DNA of 64,000 nucleotides from Rhabdothermincola salaria (GCF_021246445.1 NZ_JAJQXW010000005.1:186001-250000), one strand, 5' to 3'. Shown: positions 10,916 through 22,058, counted from the first letter of the stretch. A program made the numbers and translations. Notes: generated by a model from the letters alone, not told the origin.

Positions 10916-11937
10916 GACCGGCCCTCCATGATGCAGACGAGGTTCTGTTGCAGGCAGGGGCCGCTGGTCGAGTGGGCCAGCGCCCGGTTGCCGCCGCCGA
11001 AGATGTGGTCGGCGGCGTGGCCGATGCGGACGAGGCCGGTGGCCATGATGGGGTTCTCCTTCAGGGCGCCGCCGGAGGCGTTGACCGTGACGTCGTCGCC
11101 GAAGCCGAGCACCGATCGCAACAGCAGCTCTTCGTGGGTGAAGGCCGCCTGCAGCTCGGCGACCTCGACGGGGGCCGAGCCCAGGCCGGCGGCCTCGGCC
11201 GCGATGCGGGTGGAGGGGGAGTCGTCGAGGGCCCGGAATGACGGGTTGTGGCACTCGGTGCGGTGGTCGAAGCCGGTGATGTAGGCCGGGCGGTCGACCA
11301 GTTCGCGGGCCCGGTCGCCCCGGGCCAGCACCATGGCGGCGGCGCCGTCGGTGATGGGGGGCAGGTCGTGGCGGCGCAGCGGCTGGCGCACGTAGTCGTC
11401 GGCGAGGAGCTCGTCGACGGTGCCCTTGCCCCGGGCTCGCACCGCCGTCTCGGCCATCGAGCGCTCGTCGGCGATGCCCGACGCGATGACGGCCCGGGCC
11501 TGGAGGGCGGCGAAGGTGACAGGGTCGGCGCCGATGGGGGCCAGGAAGTACGGGTCCATCTCCATCGGGTAGATCAGCGCCGGGTTGCCGGTGGACGAGC
11601 GTCCCGACCCGGTCACCACGGCGATGTCGATGTCGCCCTCCTGCAGGCGCAGCCACGCCTCGTAGAGCGCCCAGGCGCCGTCCATCTCCACGTGGGAGTC
11701 GCGCTTGGGGGGCCAGGCGCCGATGGCGTCGAGGTTGCCGACGAAGGAGAACGCCTGGCCGGTGATGTAGTCGCACGAGCCGAGGCAGGTGAAGTCGATG
11801 TCGGCCCGGGTGAGGCCGAGCGGCTCGATGGCGTCGGTGATGACGCTCATGAGCAGCTGGACCTCGCTCTTGTCGGTGTGGCGGACCATGGGCGTCTGGG
11901 CCCAGCCCACCACGGCGATGTCGTCGGAGGTGCTCAT
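10912..11937 (-). CDS. ltp4: Thiolase-domain protein, Ltp4-like
   Basis: GSCDYITGQAFSF, HVEMDGAWALYEAW, AHSTSGPCLQQN. Confidence 0.8.
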   Translation of the reverse strand: MSTSDDIAVVGWAQTPMVRHTDKSEVQLLMSVITDAIEPLGLTRADIDFTCLGSCDYITGQAFSFVGNLDAIGAWPPKRDSHVEMDGAWALYEAWLRLQEGDIDIAVVTGSGRSSTGNPALIYPMEMDPYFLAPIGADPVTFAALQARAVIASGIADERSMAETAVRARGKGTVDELLADDYVRQPLRRHDLPPITDGAAAMVLARGDRARELVDRPAYITGFDHRTECHNPSFRALDDSPSTRIAAEAAGLGSAPVEVAELQAAFTHEELLLRSVLGFGDDVTVNASGGALKENPIMATGLVRIGHAADHIFGGGNRALAHSTSGPCLQQNLVCIMEGRS

Positions 11938-12933
11938 CTAGAAGATCCTGTTCGTGAGATCGAGGTCGTCGACGGCCGGCTCCCCCGAGGGCTCCCAGCC
12001 GATGAGCGCACCGAACGCGCCGCCCATGGTGCCGCCCTCGTCGATCTCCTCGCCGGGCGGCGTCCACACCGCCTTGACCCGGACGCCGACGGCGACGTCC
12101 TCCACGGGGAGGTTGAACACCGGCTGGTAGCCCAGCACCACGTCGACGCCGTCGAGCAGCACGAAGACCCGAGCGAAGGGGTCGGTCTCGGTCTGGCCCG
12201 GGTAGGCCACCGGCGTGATCACCACGTGGTTGGTGATGGTGCCGGTGTGGGGGAGGTCGACGGCGTGCTCCTCGGTGAACTCGAGGGAGTCGATGGGGCA
12301 GACGCCCCGGCCGCCGGCGTAGACCCGGCCGCACACCGGGCACTCGAAGCCGATGAGGCGGTGGTCGGCCGACGCGCCCACCACGAAGTCGAACGCCGGC
12401 GGGACCGGGTTCTTGTAGGTGATGGAGGCGAGGTAGTCCATCATCGTCACCGGCTCGGCGGCCGGGCCGAGGTCGTCGCCCTCCACCTCGGGTTCCTCGC
12501 CGGGCACGAAGGCGGCGATGTCGGTGATGTGGCCCACCCGTTCGCCCTTCCAACGCGGCGCCACCCGCATGCCGTTGGCCATGACCTGCGGCGAACCGGC
12601 GTCGACGGCGTAGAGCAGCGGGGTCGAGGCCCCGTCGAGGGTGATGAAGGCGAAGGCGAAGGGCCGGTCGAGCGGATGCTGCTCGGTCGGTTCGGGTACC
12701 CAGGTCCACGAGGCGACCGTGCCGGCCGGTCCGACGTCGACGAAGTCGTGGGCCAGCTCGGCGCCGGTGGCCGGGTCCCATTCCATCGGGGGGACGAGCA
12801 CGCCGTCGCCGCAGCGGATCCCGAGGATCCGCTTCTCGGTCAGGGCGGTCATGAACGCGCCCGTCACCGGCCCGAGCGACCGGGTGTAGGGGAACGTGAT
12901 GGTGCTCTCGACGAACCGGACCACGTGGGACAT
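11938..12933 (-). CDS. Double Zn-ribbon/OB-fold (DUF35) protein, Rv3521-like
   Basis: YTRSLGPV, two OB-fold repeats, CPVC..C Zn motif; directly precedes the thiolase pair. Confidence 0.85.
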   Translation of the reverse strand: MSHVVRFVESTITFPYTRSLGPVTGAFMTALTEKRILGIRCGDGVLVPPMEWDPATGAELAHDFVDVGPAGTVASWTWVPEPTEQHPLDRPFAFAFITLDGASTPLLYAVDAGSPQVMANGMRVAPRWKGERVGHITDIAAFVPGEEPEVEGDDLGPAAEPVTMMDYLASITYKNPVPPAFDFVVGASADHRLIGFECPVCGRVYAGGRGVCPIDSLEFTEEHAVDLPHTGTITNHVVITPVAYPGQTETDPFARVFVLLDGVDVVLGYQPVFNLPVEDVAVGVRVKAVWTPPGEEIDEGGTMGGAFGALIGWEPSGEPAVDDLDLTNRIF

Positions 12934-13074
12934 CCCTCCTCGACGGCTCGGTCCAGCACGGCCGAGACCTCGACGGGACCAGGGCTGGCCCGTCAGCGAC
13001 GCCAGCGTAGGTTCACCGCCGATCCGCCGCTCGCCGAACGGGGGTCACGTCGAGGCCACCGGCTCGAAGCGGCG

Positions 13075-16000
13075 TCATCCGAGGTCGAGCAGGCCTCGGA
13101 TGTCGTCCTCGGTGAGCGCGCCGGCCAGGGCGCCCTCGCCGTCCATGACGCTGGCGAACAGGTCCGCCTTGCGGGCCTTGAGCTCCATGACCTTCTCCTC
13201 GATGGTGCCGCTGGAGACGTAGCGGTACACCATCACCGGGTTCTGCTGGCCGATGCGGTGGGTGCGGTCGACGGCCTGGTTCTCGGTGGCGGGGTTCCAC
13301 CACGGGTCGAGGACGAAGCAGTAGTCGGCCTCGGTGAGGTTGAGGCCGAACCCGCCGGCCTTGAGGCTGATGACGAACACCGGGGCGTCGCCGTCCTTGA
13401 ACCGGGCGATGGCCTCGTGGCGCTTGCGGGTGCGGCCGTCGAGGTAGGTGTGGTCGATGCCGGCGGCGTCGAGGCGGGCCCGGACGCGGGTCAGGTACCG
13501 GGTGAACTGGCTGAACACCAGGGCCCGGTGGCCTTCGGCGACCACCTGGGTGAGGTCGTCGAGGAGCCGGTCGAGCTTGGCCGACCCGACGTCGTCGTGC
13601 TCGTCGTCGATCAGTGCGGGGTCGAGGGCGAGCTGGCGCAGGATGGTGAGTGACTTCAGGATCTCGAAGCGGTGCTTCTGCACGTCGCCGACGAGGCCGA
13701 GGACCTTCTGGCGTTGACGTTGGAGCTGGGTCTCGTAGATCCGGGCGTGGCGGGCGCTGAGCTCGATCTCGACCGTCTGCTCGGTCTTGGGCGGGAGCTC
13801 GGTGAGCACCGCGTCCTTGGTCCGTCGCCGCATGAGCGGGGCGATGCGGCGCCGCAGGGTGGCGAGCAGCTCGGGGGCCTCACCGCTCTCGATCGGCTTG
13901 CGGTACGTCTCGCTGAACCGCTTCGGGTCGGGGTAGAGGCCCGGCGCGGTGATCGACAGCAGCGACCACAGGTCCATGAGGGTGTTCTCGAGGGGCGTGC
14001 CGGTGACGGCGATCTTGGTGGCGGCCTCGAGGCGGCGCACGCACTGGTAGGTCTTGCCCTGGTGGTTCTTGACGAACTGAGCTTCGTCGAGGAGCAGCAG
14101 CTCCCACTCCTGGTCGGCGTAGTCGTCGAACTCGAGGCGGAACAGGGCGTAGGAGGTGACGACGATCGACGCTCCGGCGGTGGCGTCGCCGAGCGACGTG
14201 CCCCGGCGGGCGGCGGTCTCGCGGATGGTGCGGACCTCGACCCCGGGCGCGAACTGGCCGGCCTCACGGGCCCAGTTCTCCACGACGCTGGTCGGGGCCA
14301 CCACGAGGAACCGGGCCTCGGGCTCCTCCGCGAGGATGTGGACGCACAAGGCGAGGGTCTGGATGGTCTTGCCCAGGCCCATGTCGTCGGCGAGGATCCC
14401 GCCGAGGCCGTTGCGGTGCAGGAACGCCAACCAGTCGAGGCCCTCCTGTTGGTAGTGGCGCAGCGTGGCCGACAGACCGGCCGGCGGGGCGACGGGCTCG
14501 GGGCTGGCGAGCGCCGCCAGGCGGTCGATGCTGTCGGCCCACCGCTGGGACTGCTCGGTCACCACGCCGAGGCCGGTGAGCTCGTCCCACCAGCTGGTCT
14601 GGAAGCGGTTGAGGCGGGCCACGGCGTCGCCGGAGGGATCGGCCAGGCCGCGGGCTTCGTCGATGAGCTCGCGCAACCGGGTGAGCTCGGGGCGGTCGAG
14701 GCGAAGCCAGGTGCCCGACGGCAGGATGAGCGCCTCGTCGCCACGGTCGAGGGCGGCGAAGAGGGCGGCGAAGTCGACCCGCTGACCGTCGACGCTCACC
14801 TCGACCGCGAGGTCGAACCAATCGGTCCCGTCCCGCCGGTCGCCGTCGGAGACCGAGAGCGAGACGCGTGGGTCCTCGATCGCCTCGCTCAGCTGAGGGT
14901 GATCGCCCACGACCTCGATCTCGACGCCTTCGGCCTCGAGCCAGGGGAGGATCTCGGTGAGCAGGCTGACGATTGCCGCGCCCGACACCGTCAGGTCGCG
15001 GAGCCGACCGTCGCGGTCGACGAGGGCGTCGAGCAGGTGGGTCGGCGGCTTCAGGTCGGCGACCGCCGCCTCCTCCTCCGCTCGATCTCGGGTGCGGCCG
15101 CCGGGACCGTGCAAGGGATGGTCGACGGTGCGGGGGCCGCGCCGGTAGCGCGCCGCCCACCGCAGGGTGGCGGCGTCGAGGGCGGTGCGGTCGACGAACG
15201 CCACGAGGCCCTCGAAGCGGCTGGTCGTGAAGGCGACGCTGCGGTCGGAGGAGGCGACGGTGGCGTGGCGGGCGAGCGCCGGCTGGTAGAGGTCGAGGAA
15301 GTCCTCGACGTCGTGGGCCGGGACGGTGAGGGCCTCACCGGCGGCCAGCCGGTGCACGGCGGGGTGCAGGGGAGCGCCGAGGCCGACGAGGTCGAGTCGG
15401 CCGCCGTCGCTGACCCACAGCCCGTGGGCCGGTGTGCCGACGAGGCCGCTGCGCCCCTCGCTGAGCGGCACCGGTTCGTCGTCGACGGTGAACGTGGCCG
15501 ACAGGGTGACGTCGCCCGTCTCGTCGGCCGAGAGGTCGACCCGGGGGGTGGCCCTGGACGCCGACAGGACGATCTCGTCGCGGTCGTGCTCGCCGATCAG
15601 CTCGACGCCCGCCTCGACCGCTCGCTCGAGGTGGTACCAGACGTCGGGTCCGAACCGAGCCAGCGACACCGTCTGGTTGTTGGCGTAGGCGAGGTCGGGC
15701 GGGCCGCTGGTCATCAGCGCCCTGAGGGCCGCCCGTTGGAGCAGGTCGACGTGGTCCTGGGAGGTGCCGGTGGTGCGGTGGGGCGAGGCGATGTCGCGCC
15801 ACGACGCACCGGTCTTGATCCACGTGCCGGCTCGGCCCCGGCGCATCGGTCGGAGGGTGACACGGGGCCCGTCGTCGGCGGCGTAGCGGCTGGGCCTCGG
15901 GTGCTGCACGGTCACCTGCAGGGCGAGGCCGGCCGCGGTCGCCTCGTGGTCGTCGTCGTCGTCGGCGCCGGCCAGTTCCGCCAGGGTCTGGCGCCAGTCG

Positions 16001-16338
16001 GGCTGCGAGGGGGTGCCGGCACCCGACGGGCTGATCGGAGAGGGGAGCCGGCGGGCGGTGAGGATGGTCGCCACGCAGTGCTTGCACGCGCCGCCGAGCG
16101 GGCAGCTGCACGTGTCATCGAGCGCGATGGAGCCCTCGCGGCGGCTCCATCGCACCCACAGCACGTAGGACTCCCGGCCCGATCCGCGACAGACCGCCTT
16201 GATGGTGCCCGGCTCGCAGCTGAGCACCCGGACGCGGTCCTCGTCGGCGTAGGCGCGGCCGCGCGCCAGTGAACCCGAGTCGTAGGAGGCGTGGAGGACG
16301 TGATCGTCGAGCTCGTCGACGGTCGGTGGTGCGGGCAC
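13075..16338 (-). CDS. SNF2-family helicase with N-terminal SWIM zinc finger
   Basis: CSCPLGGACKH (SWIM), LADDMGLGKT, DEAQ, TGTPLEN, QAVDRTHRIGQ; start approximate. Confidence 0.93.
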   Translation of the reverse strand: MPAPPTVDELDDHVLHASYDSGSLARGRAYADEDRVRVLSCEPGTIKAVCRGSGRESYVLWVRWSRREGSIALDDTCSCPLGGACKHCVATILTARRLPSPISPSGAGTPSQPDWRQTLAELAGADDDDDHEATAAGLALQVTVQHPRPSRYAADDGPRVTLRPMRRGRAGTWIKTGASWRDIASPHRTTGTSQDHVDLLQRAALRALMTSGPPDLAYANNQTVSLARFGPDVWYHLERAVEAGVELIGEHDRDEIVLSASRATPRVDLSADETGDVTLSATFTVDDEPVPLSEGRSGLVGTPAHGLWVSDGGRLDLVGLGAPLHPAVHRLAAGEALTVPAHDVEDFLDLYQPALARHATVASSDRSVAFTTSRFEGLVAFVDRTALDAATLRWAARYRRGPRTVDHPLHGPGGRTRDRAEEEAAVADLKPPTHLLDALVDRDGRLRDLTVSGAAIVSLLTEILPWLEAEGVEIEVVGDHPQLSEAIEDPRVSLSVSDGDRRDGTDWFDLAVEVSVDGQRVDFAALFAALDRGDEALILPSGTWLRLDRPELTRLRELIDEARGLADPSGDAVARLNRFQTSWWDELTGLGVVTEQSQRWADSIDRLAALASPEPVAPPAGLSATLRHYQQEGLDWLAFLHRNGLGGILADDMGLGKTIQTLALCVHILAEEPEARFLVVAPTSVVENWAREAGQFAPGVEVRTIRETAARRGTSLGDATAGASIVVTSYALFRLEFDDYADQEWELLLLDEAQFVKNHQGKTYQCVRRLEAATKIAVTGTPLENTLMDLWSLLSITAPGLYPDPKRFSETYRKPIESGEAPELLATLRRRIAPLMRRRTKDAVLTELPPKTEQTVEIELSARHARIYETQLQRQRQKVLGLVGDVQKHRFEILKSLTILRQLALDPALIDDEHDDVGSAKLDRLLDDLTQVVAEGHRALVFSQFTRYLTRVRARLDAAGIDHTYLDGRTRKRHEAIARFKDGDAPVFVISLKAGGFGLNLTEADYCFVLDPWWNPATENQAVDRTHRIGQQNPVMVYRYVSSGTIEEKVMELKARKADLFASVMDGEGALAGALTEDDIRGLLDLG

Positions 16339-16575
16339 GGTGAGATGGTCTTCCGCGAAGAGGCGTCGGCCCTGCTGGGGTGAGCCGTGACGAGAGGCCG
16401 ATCGGGGCGGATCGATCGGGGTCAACCCTACGCAGGGCGTCGGACAGGTCCTCCGCCGGTCTCCGGTGGGGCGGCCGTCGTGCGGTGGGGGACACACGTC
16501 GGTGCCCCGTGGGGGGCGGATCCGGAAGAAGGGGGTTGCGCGGCGCGGAGATCCGGGTTATGGATAGGGAGTCCA

Positions 16576-16596
16576 ATTCTTGATCGGATCCAGAAT
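16576..16596. promoter_or_regulatory. FurA operator-like inverted repeat
   Basis: ATTCTTGATCGGATCCAGAAT about 60 bp upstream of furA; resembles the mycobacterial furA box TCTTGA-N5-TCCAGA. Confidence 0.7.
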
Positions 16597-16655
16597 CGGT
16601 CGACGGGGCGGGCCGTCGCCACCACCACCATCCGTCCCGATCCTCGAGAGGCACC

Positions 16656-17105
16656 GTGGAACACGACGTCCTGACCGAGCCGGCCGACCTGCTGCGAGCT
16701 CACGGCATCCAGGTCACCGCCCAGCGCATCGCCGTGTTGCGCGCCGTCGCCGGCCGGCCCCACAGCAGCACCGACGACATCGCCGGTGTCGTGCACGCGC
16801 AGCTGGGCACCGTCTCGCGCCAGGCCGTCTACGACGCCCTCCACGTGCTCACCGAGCAGGGTCTCGTCCGCCGCATCCAGCCGGCGGGGTCGTCGGCGCG
16901 CTACGAGACCCGTGTGGGCGACAACCACCACCACATGGTGTGCCGGGGGTGCGGGCGGATGGCCGACGTCGACTGCGCCGTCGACGAGACCCCGTGCCTG
17001 ATCGCCTCCGACGACCAGGGCTTCGAGATCGACGAAGCCGAGGTCGTCTACTGGGGCCGTTGCCCCGAGTGCCGCCAGGCTGCGGCGACCCCGACCACCG
17101 GCTGA
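16656..17105 (+). CDS. furA: Fur-family peroxide regulator
   Basis: VSRQAVYDAL, RYETRVGDNHHHMVCRGC, CPEC; upstream of katG. Confidence 0.93.
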   Translation: MEHDVLTEPADLLRAHGIQVTAQRIAVLRAVAGRPHSSTDDIAGVVHAQLGTVSRQAVYDALHVLTEQGLVRRIQPAGSSARYETRVGDNHHHMVCRGCGRMADVDCAVDETPCLIASDDQGFEIDEAEVVYWGRCPECRQAAATPTTG

Positions 17106-17180
17106 ACCACCCCGCCCACCGACCACCGACCGATCACCGACCCGCCAACCGCCCAGCAGCAGCGAGCCAAGGAGACCCAC

Positions 17181-19388
17181 ATGTCCGAGAACGGCAAGAC
17201 CGCCCCCGCGTGGGGCGCACTCACCTCCAACGAGTTCCAGTCCAACGAGAAGTGGTGGCCCAACTCCCTCAACCTGCGGATCCTGCACCAGTCGCACCCG
17301 GACTCGAGCCCCTTCGGGTCCGACTACGACTACCGGGAGGCGTTGGCCGACGTCGACATCGACGAGCTGACCCGTGACGTCGACGCCTTGATGACGGACT
17401 CCCAGGACTGGTGGCCCGCCGACTGGGGCCACTACGGGCCGTTCTTCATCCGCATGAGCTGGCATGCCGCCGGCACCTACCGCGTCAACGATGGTCGGGG
17501 CGGCGCCGGCACCGGCGCCCAACGCTTCGCCCCGCTCAACTCCTGGCCCGACAACGGCAACCTCGACAAGGCCCGCCGCCTGCTGCTGCCCATCAAGCAG
17601 AAGTACGGCCAGAAGATCTCCTGGGCCGACCTGATGGTCTTCGCCGGCAACCGAGCGCTCGAGACCATGGGCTTTCGCACGGCTGGCTTCTCCTTCGGCC
17701 GCGCCGACATCTGGGCGCCCGAGGACGACATCTACTGGGGCCCCGAGAACGAGTGGCTGGCCACCCACGACGAGCGCTACACGGGCTCGTTCGAGGACGG
17801 CAGCCGCACCCTCGACAACCCGCTCGCGGCCGTGCAGATGGGCCTCATCTACGTCAACCCCGAGGGACCCAACGGCGTGCCCGACGCCATGAAGAGCGCC
17901 CAGGACATCCGTGAGACGTTCGGGCGCATGGCCATGAACGACGAAGAGACGGTGGCGCTGACCGTCGGTGGCCACACCTTCGGCAAGATGCACGGCAACG
18001 CCCCGGCCGACGCCGTGGGCGCCGAGCCGGAGTCCGGCAGCTTCGCCGACCAGGGCTTCGGGTGGGCCAACAGCCACGAGACGGGCCTCGGCGAGTACAC
18101 CATCACCTCGGGGCTCGAAGGGGCCTGGACGCCCACGCCCACCAAGTGGGACAACACCTACCTCGACACGATCTTCGTCCACGAGTGGGAGCTGGTGGAG
18201 TCGCCCGCCGGGGCCAAGCAGTGGCAGCCACGCGAGGTCAAGGACGGCTACTGGGTGCCCGACGCCCACGTCGAGGGAAAGGTGAACCCGCCCACCATGT
18301 CGACCGCCGACATGGCCATGATCACCGATCCCGCCTACCTCGAGATCTCCAAGCGCTTCCACGAGAATCCCGACCAGCTGGCCGACGCCTTCGCCAAGGC
18401 CTGGTTCAAGCTCCTCCACCGCGACATGGGCCCCGCCTCGCGCTACGTGGGCCCCCAGGTGCCCGCCGAGCGCTTCGTGTGGCAGGACAACAACCCCGCC
18501 CACGAGGGGCCCATGATCGGCGACGCCGAGATCGCCGAGCTGAAGTCCACCCTCCTCGACTCGGGCTTGTCCACCGCGCAGCTGGTGCTCACGGCCTGGG
18601 CCTCGGCCTCGACCTACCGGCGCACCGACTTCCGCGGTGGCGCCGACGGCGCCCGCATCCGCCTGTCGCCGATGATCGACTGGGACGCCAACGTCAGCTC
18701 CGGTGTGCCGGCGGTGATCGCCGAGCTCGAGAAGGTGCAGGCGTCGTTCAACGCCAAGGGCGGCGCGCAGGTGTCGATCGCCGACCTGATCGTGTTGGGT
18801 GGCTGTGCCGCCGTCGAGGCCGCCGCGAAAGCCGCGGGTCACGACATCACCGTGCCGTTCACCCCGGGGCGCACCGACGCCACCCAGGACGACACCGACA
18901 TCGACTCGTTCCAGTTCCTCGAGCCCACCGCCGACGGCTTCCGCAACTACGTCAAGAAGTTCGGCGCCGTGCCCACCGAGCACCTGCTCATCGACAAGGC
19001 GTTCCTGCTCGACCTCACCGCGCCGGAGATGACCGCCCTCGTGGGTGGGCTCCGAGTCCTCGGGGCCAACGTGGGTGACGAGGGCTACGGCGTGTTCACC
19101 GATCGCGTCGGAGCGCTCACCAACGACTTCTTCGTGAACCTGATCGACATGGGCACCAAGTGGGCGTCGATCGACGAGTCCGAGGACGTCTTCGAGGGCC
19201 GCGACCGCGCCACGGGCGAGCCCCGCTGGAAGGCGAGCCGCGTCGACCTCGTCTTCGGCGCCAACAGCCAGCTGCGGGCCATCGCCGAGGAGTACGGCGC
19301 CGCCGGTGGCGAAGCGCTCATGCTCGAGGCCTTCGTCCGTGGCTGGGTGAAGGTCATGGAGAACGACCGCTTCGACCTCCACGCCTGA
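17181..19388 (+). CDS. katG: Catalase-peroxidase
   Basis: [42 protein letters not shown]. Confidence 0.98.
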   Translation: MSENGKTAPAWGALTSNEFQSNEKWWPNSLNLRILHQSHPDSSPFGSDYDYREALADVDIDELTRDVDALMTDSQDWWPADWGHYGPFFIRMSWHAAGTYRVNDGRGGAGTGAQRFAPLNSWPDNGNLDKARRLLLPIKQKYGQKISWADLMVFAGNRALETMGFRTAGFSFGRADIWAPEDDIYWGPENEWLATHDERYTGSFEDGSRTLDNPLAAVQMGLIYVNPEGPNGVPDAMKSAQDIRETFGRMAMNDEETVALTVGGHTFGKMHGNAPADAVGAEPESGSFADQGFGWANSHETGLGEYTITSGLEGAWTPTPTKWDNTYLDTIFVHEWELVESPAGAKQWQPREVKDGYWVPDAHVEGKVNPPTMSTADMAMITDPAYLEISKRFHENPDQLADAFAKAWFKLLHRDMGPASRYVGPQVPAERFVWQDNNPAHEGPMIGDAEIAELKSTLLDSGLSTAQLVLTAWASASTYRRTDFRGGADGARIRLSPMIDWDANVSSGVPAVIAELEKVQASFNAKGGAQVSIADLIVLGGCAAVEAAAKAAGHDITVPFTPGRTDATQDDTDIDSFQFLEPTADGFRNYVKKFGAVPTEHLLIDKAFLLDLTAPEMTALVGGLRVLGANVGDEGYGVFTDRVGALTNDFFVNLIDMGTKWASIDESEDVFEGRDRATGEPRWKASRVDLVFGANSQLRAIAEEYGAAGGEALMLEAFVRGWVKVMENDRFDLHA

Positions 19389-19464
19389 CCGACACCGGGT
19401 GCGTCCCGGCCGGTGGTGACCGCCACACCAGCGGACACCGCCGGCCGGTGCGCGTCGGACCCGA

Positions 19465-19764
19465 TCAGGTCCCGTCGGCCAGGTGGGCCTCGAGGACGTC
19501 GACCTTGTGGCGCAAGGCGTCCTCGTGGCCCGGGCGGTGATCGATCTTCAGCACCACGCTCACCCGCGGCGCCGTCTCGGCGACCTTCATCACGCAGGCC
19601 TTGACCAGGTCCATCACCTCATCCCACTCGCCTTCGACGTTGGTGAACATGGCGTTGGTCTCGTTCGGCAGCCCGCTGTCGCGGACGATCTGGACAGCTT
19701 CGGCGACGCTGGCGCTCACCGAGTCGCCGGTGCCGAGAGGGGTGATGGAGAAGGCAGCGATCAT
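19465..19764 (-). CDS. MTH1187/YkoF-like thiamine-binding protein
   Basis: MIAAFSITPLG, ETNAMFTNVEGEWDEVM, RVSVVLKID. Confidence 0.88.
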   Translation of the reverse strand: MIAAFSITPLGTGDSVSASVAEAVQIVRDSGLPNETNAMFTNVEGEWDEVMDLVKACVMKVAETAPRVSVVLKIDHRPGHEDALRHKVDVLEAHLADGT

Positions 19765-20050
19765 GTCGCCCATGGTCGCCCCTGGTGCGGCCAGCGGCCA
19801 GCGGTCAGCGGCTCTCGGCCCCTCGGCCCGTCGTCGTGCCGGTGTCGAGCAGGACGATGTGGAGATCTCCCCGGGCTCGTGGACGTGCCCACCTGGCTGC
19901 GCCACCCGGGGGAGGGGCCCGGTCCCAGCCGACGGGTGGAGCTGCTGCGACACTCGCAGGCGCGTGGGGCGCAGCCCGTTGTTCGGGCGGGGGATCACTC
20001 GAACAGCCGGCGGTCGGGTAGGGAAGCAGTCCTAGCAAGGAGCTGACTCG

Positions 20051-20323
20051 ATGTCGACCTTCACCACGCTCTCACCGGTCGTCGCCGACACCCACGGGTG
20101 GGGCCACATGAACGGCTGGGGCGGTGGATGGATGTGGTTCTGGGGGACGGTGATGATGTTCTCCTGGGTCGTCATCATCGCGGCCGCCGTCTGGCTCGTG
20201 ACCCGGAGTCGCGACCGGGCGGGGAATCGCCCATCGCGGGCCCGGGAGATCCTCGATGAGCGCTACGCCAGTGGCGAGCTCTCCACCGAGGAATACCGCG
20301 AACGGCTCGACCACCTCCGATGA
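20051..20323 (+). CDS. SHOCT-domain membrane protein
   Basis: G/W/M-rich N-terminus, one TM helix, AREILDERYASGELSTEEY; AAGGAG RBS. Confidence 0.85.
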   Translation: MSTFTTLSPVVADTHGWGHMNGWGGGWMWFWGTVMMFSWVVIIAAAVWLVTRSRDRAGNRPSRAREILDERYASGELSTEEYRERLDHLR

Positions 20324-20408
20324 TGTCCCGGCGACCGATCCGGCCGCCGGACCGCGGGGCGTGCCCGCAGCGGGAGGGAATGCTCCAGCATCAGTGGCGG
20401 GACCTCCT

Positions 20409-20421
20409 GTAACCACGTTAC
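20409..20421. promoter_or_regulatory. Palindromic operator candidate
   Basis: GTAAC-CAC-GTTAC just upstream of the BVMO start. Confidence 0.4.
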
Positions 20422-20446
20422 GGTCCAGACGGAAGAGGGGGACTCC

Positions 20447-21955
20447 GTGGAGGGCAGCAACGTGGGGAAGGGTTCAGCGCGCAGCAACAGGCGTCGCGTG
20501 GTGGTGATCGGAGCAGGGCCCGGGGGGATCTGCTCGGGGCACTACCTGCGCCAAGCCGGCTACGACGAGTTCACGATCTTCGAGCGCGACGGCGACGTCG
20601 GCGGGACCTGGCAGCGCAACCGCTACCCGGGTCTGGCGTGCGACGTGTGGAGCCACGTGTACTGCTTCACGTTCGCCCTCAACCCGAGTTGGAGCCGCTC
20701 CTACGCCGCCCAGCCCGAGATCCTCGAGTACATGCGCAAGACGGTCACCGACCTCGATCTGTGGCCCCACATCCGGCTGAACACGGGCATCGCCTCGGCG
20801 GCGTGGGACGACGACCACGGCGTCTGGCGGGTCACCACCCAGGCCGGCGAAGAGGTCGAGGCCGACGCGGTGATCAGCGCCCAGGGCATGTTCGGCGAGC
20901 TCAAGTACCCCGACATCGAGGGGCGCGACACCTTCGCGGGGGCGGCCATGCACACCGGGGCGTGGGACGAGTCGGTCGACCTCACCGGCCGGCGGGTCGC
21001 CGTCATCGGCAGTGCGGCGAGCGCAGTGCAGTCCATCCCCGAGATCGCCAAGGCGGCCGGGCAGCTGCACGTCTTCCAGCGCTCGGCCAACTGGGTGCTG
21101 CCCAAGGAGGACGTGGAGCACACCGACGAGCAGCTCGAGCAGTTCCTCGATCCCGAGGAGCTGCAGGCCTACCACGACGGCATCATGACGTTCCTGGGGC
21201 CGAGCGCCCCGTTCTCCAACCCGGAGATCAACGCCATTGCCGAGTGGGTGGCGGCGTGCGCCATCGAAGTGGTGGACGACCCGGTCGTGCGCCGGAAGCT
21301 CACGCCGACCACGCCCTGGGGCTGCCTACGACCGCTGTTCTCCAACGACTACTACCCGACCTTCAACCGGTCGAACGTGGAGCTGGTGACCGACCCGATC
21401 GCCCGCATCACCCCGAACGGGGTGGTCACCGCGGACGGCGTCGAGCGCGAGGTCGACGTGATCGTGTTCGCCACCGGCTACGAGGTCGACAAGTTCGCCT
21501 CGCGCATCCCGATCACGGGCCGGGGCGGGCTGACGCTCCGGGAGGCGTGGGCCGATGGCGCCCAGGCCCACCTGGGCATCACCACCTCCGGTTTCCCGAA
21601 CCTGTTCATGCTCTACGGGCCCAACACCAACCAGGGGTCGCTCATCCCGATGATCGAGTACGAGGCTCAGTACGCGGTCAAGGCCCTTCAGGCCATGGAC
21701 GCCGCCGGGGTCGACTGGGTGGACGTCAAGCCCGAGGTGATGGCCGCCTACAACGACGAGCTGCAAGCCGCCATCGACGGTGTGGAGGTGTGGAAGGGCG
21801 GCTGCAGCCACTACTACCTCAGCGAGTCCGGTCGCATGGTCACCCAGTACCCGTGGTCCATGTACACGTTCCGCGAGTCCGTGGCCGAGCCGAACCTCGA
21901 CGACTTCGAGCTCGGTCGTCGCCACCACACCTCGCCGGCCGCCGCCCCAGGCTGA
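20447..21955 (+). CDS. Baeyer-Villiger-type flavin monooxygenase
   Basis: GAGPGG, GGTWQRNRYPGLACD, FAGAAMHTGAW fingerprint, ATGY. Confidence 0.92.
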   Translation: MEGSNVGKGSARSNRRRVVVIGAGPGGICSGHYLRQAGYDEFTIFERDGDVGGTWQRNRYPGLACDVWSHVYCFTFALNPSWSRSYAAQPEILEYMRKTVTDLDLWPHIRLNTGIASAAWDDDHGVWRVTTQAGEEVEADAVISAQGMFGELKYPDIEGRDTFAGAAMHTGAWDESVDLTGRRVAVIGSAASAVQSIPEIAKAAGQLHVFQRSANWVLPKEDVEHTDEQLEQFLDPEELQAYHDGIMTFLGPSAPFSNPEINAIAEWVAACAIEVVDDPVVRRKLTPTTPWGCLRPLFSNDYYPTFNRSNVELVTDPIARITPNGVVTADGVEREVDVIVFATGYEVDKFASRIPITGRGGLTLREAWADGAQAHLGITTSGFPNLFMLYGPNTNQGSLIPMIEYEAQYAVKALQAMDAAGVDWVDVKPEVMAAYNDELQAAIDGVEVWKGGCSHYYLSESGRMVTQYPWSMYTFRESVAEPNLDDFELGRRHHTSPAAAPG

Positions 21956-22058
21956 GCGCAGGCACGCGGCTCGACCCGGGGGGCCAGGCGCCGCTGGGTA
22001 GCCTCGGACGACACATCCATCGCACGCCGCGAGTGGTTCGCGGCAGGGGGATCAGCAC

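Noticed and set aside
9755..12781. 1008-aa ORF as a single thiolase fusion
   Set aside because: Only 9755-10915 is thiolase-like; the rest is Arg/Pro-rich off-frame reading over two real genes
19805..20038. Short minus-strand ORF containing GDLHIVLLDT
   Set aside because: Only a few suggestive residues; no start signal or family support
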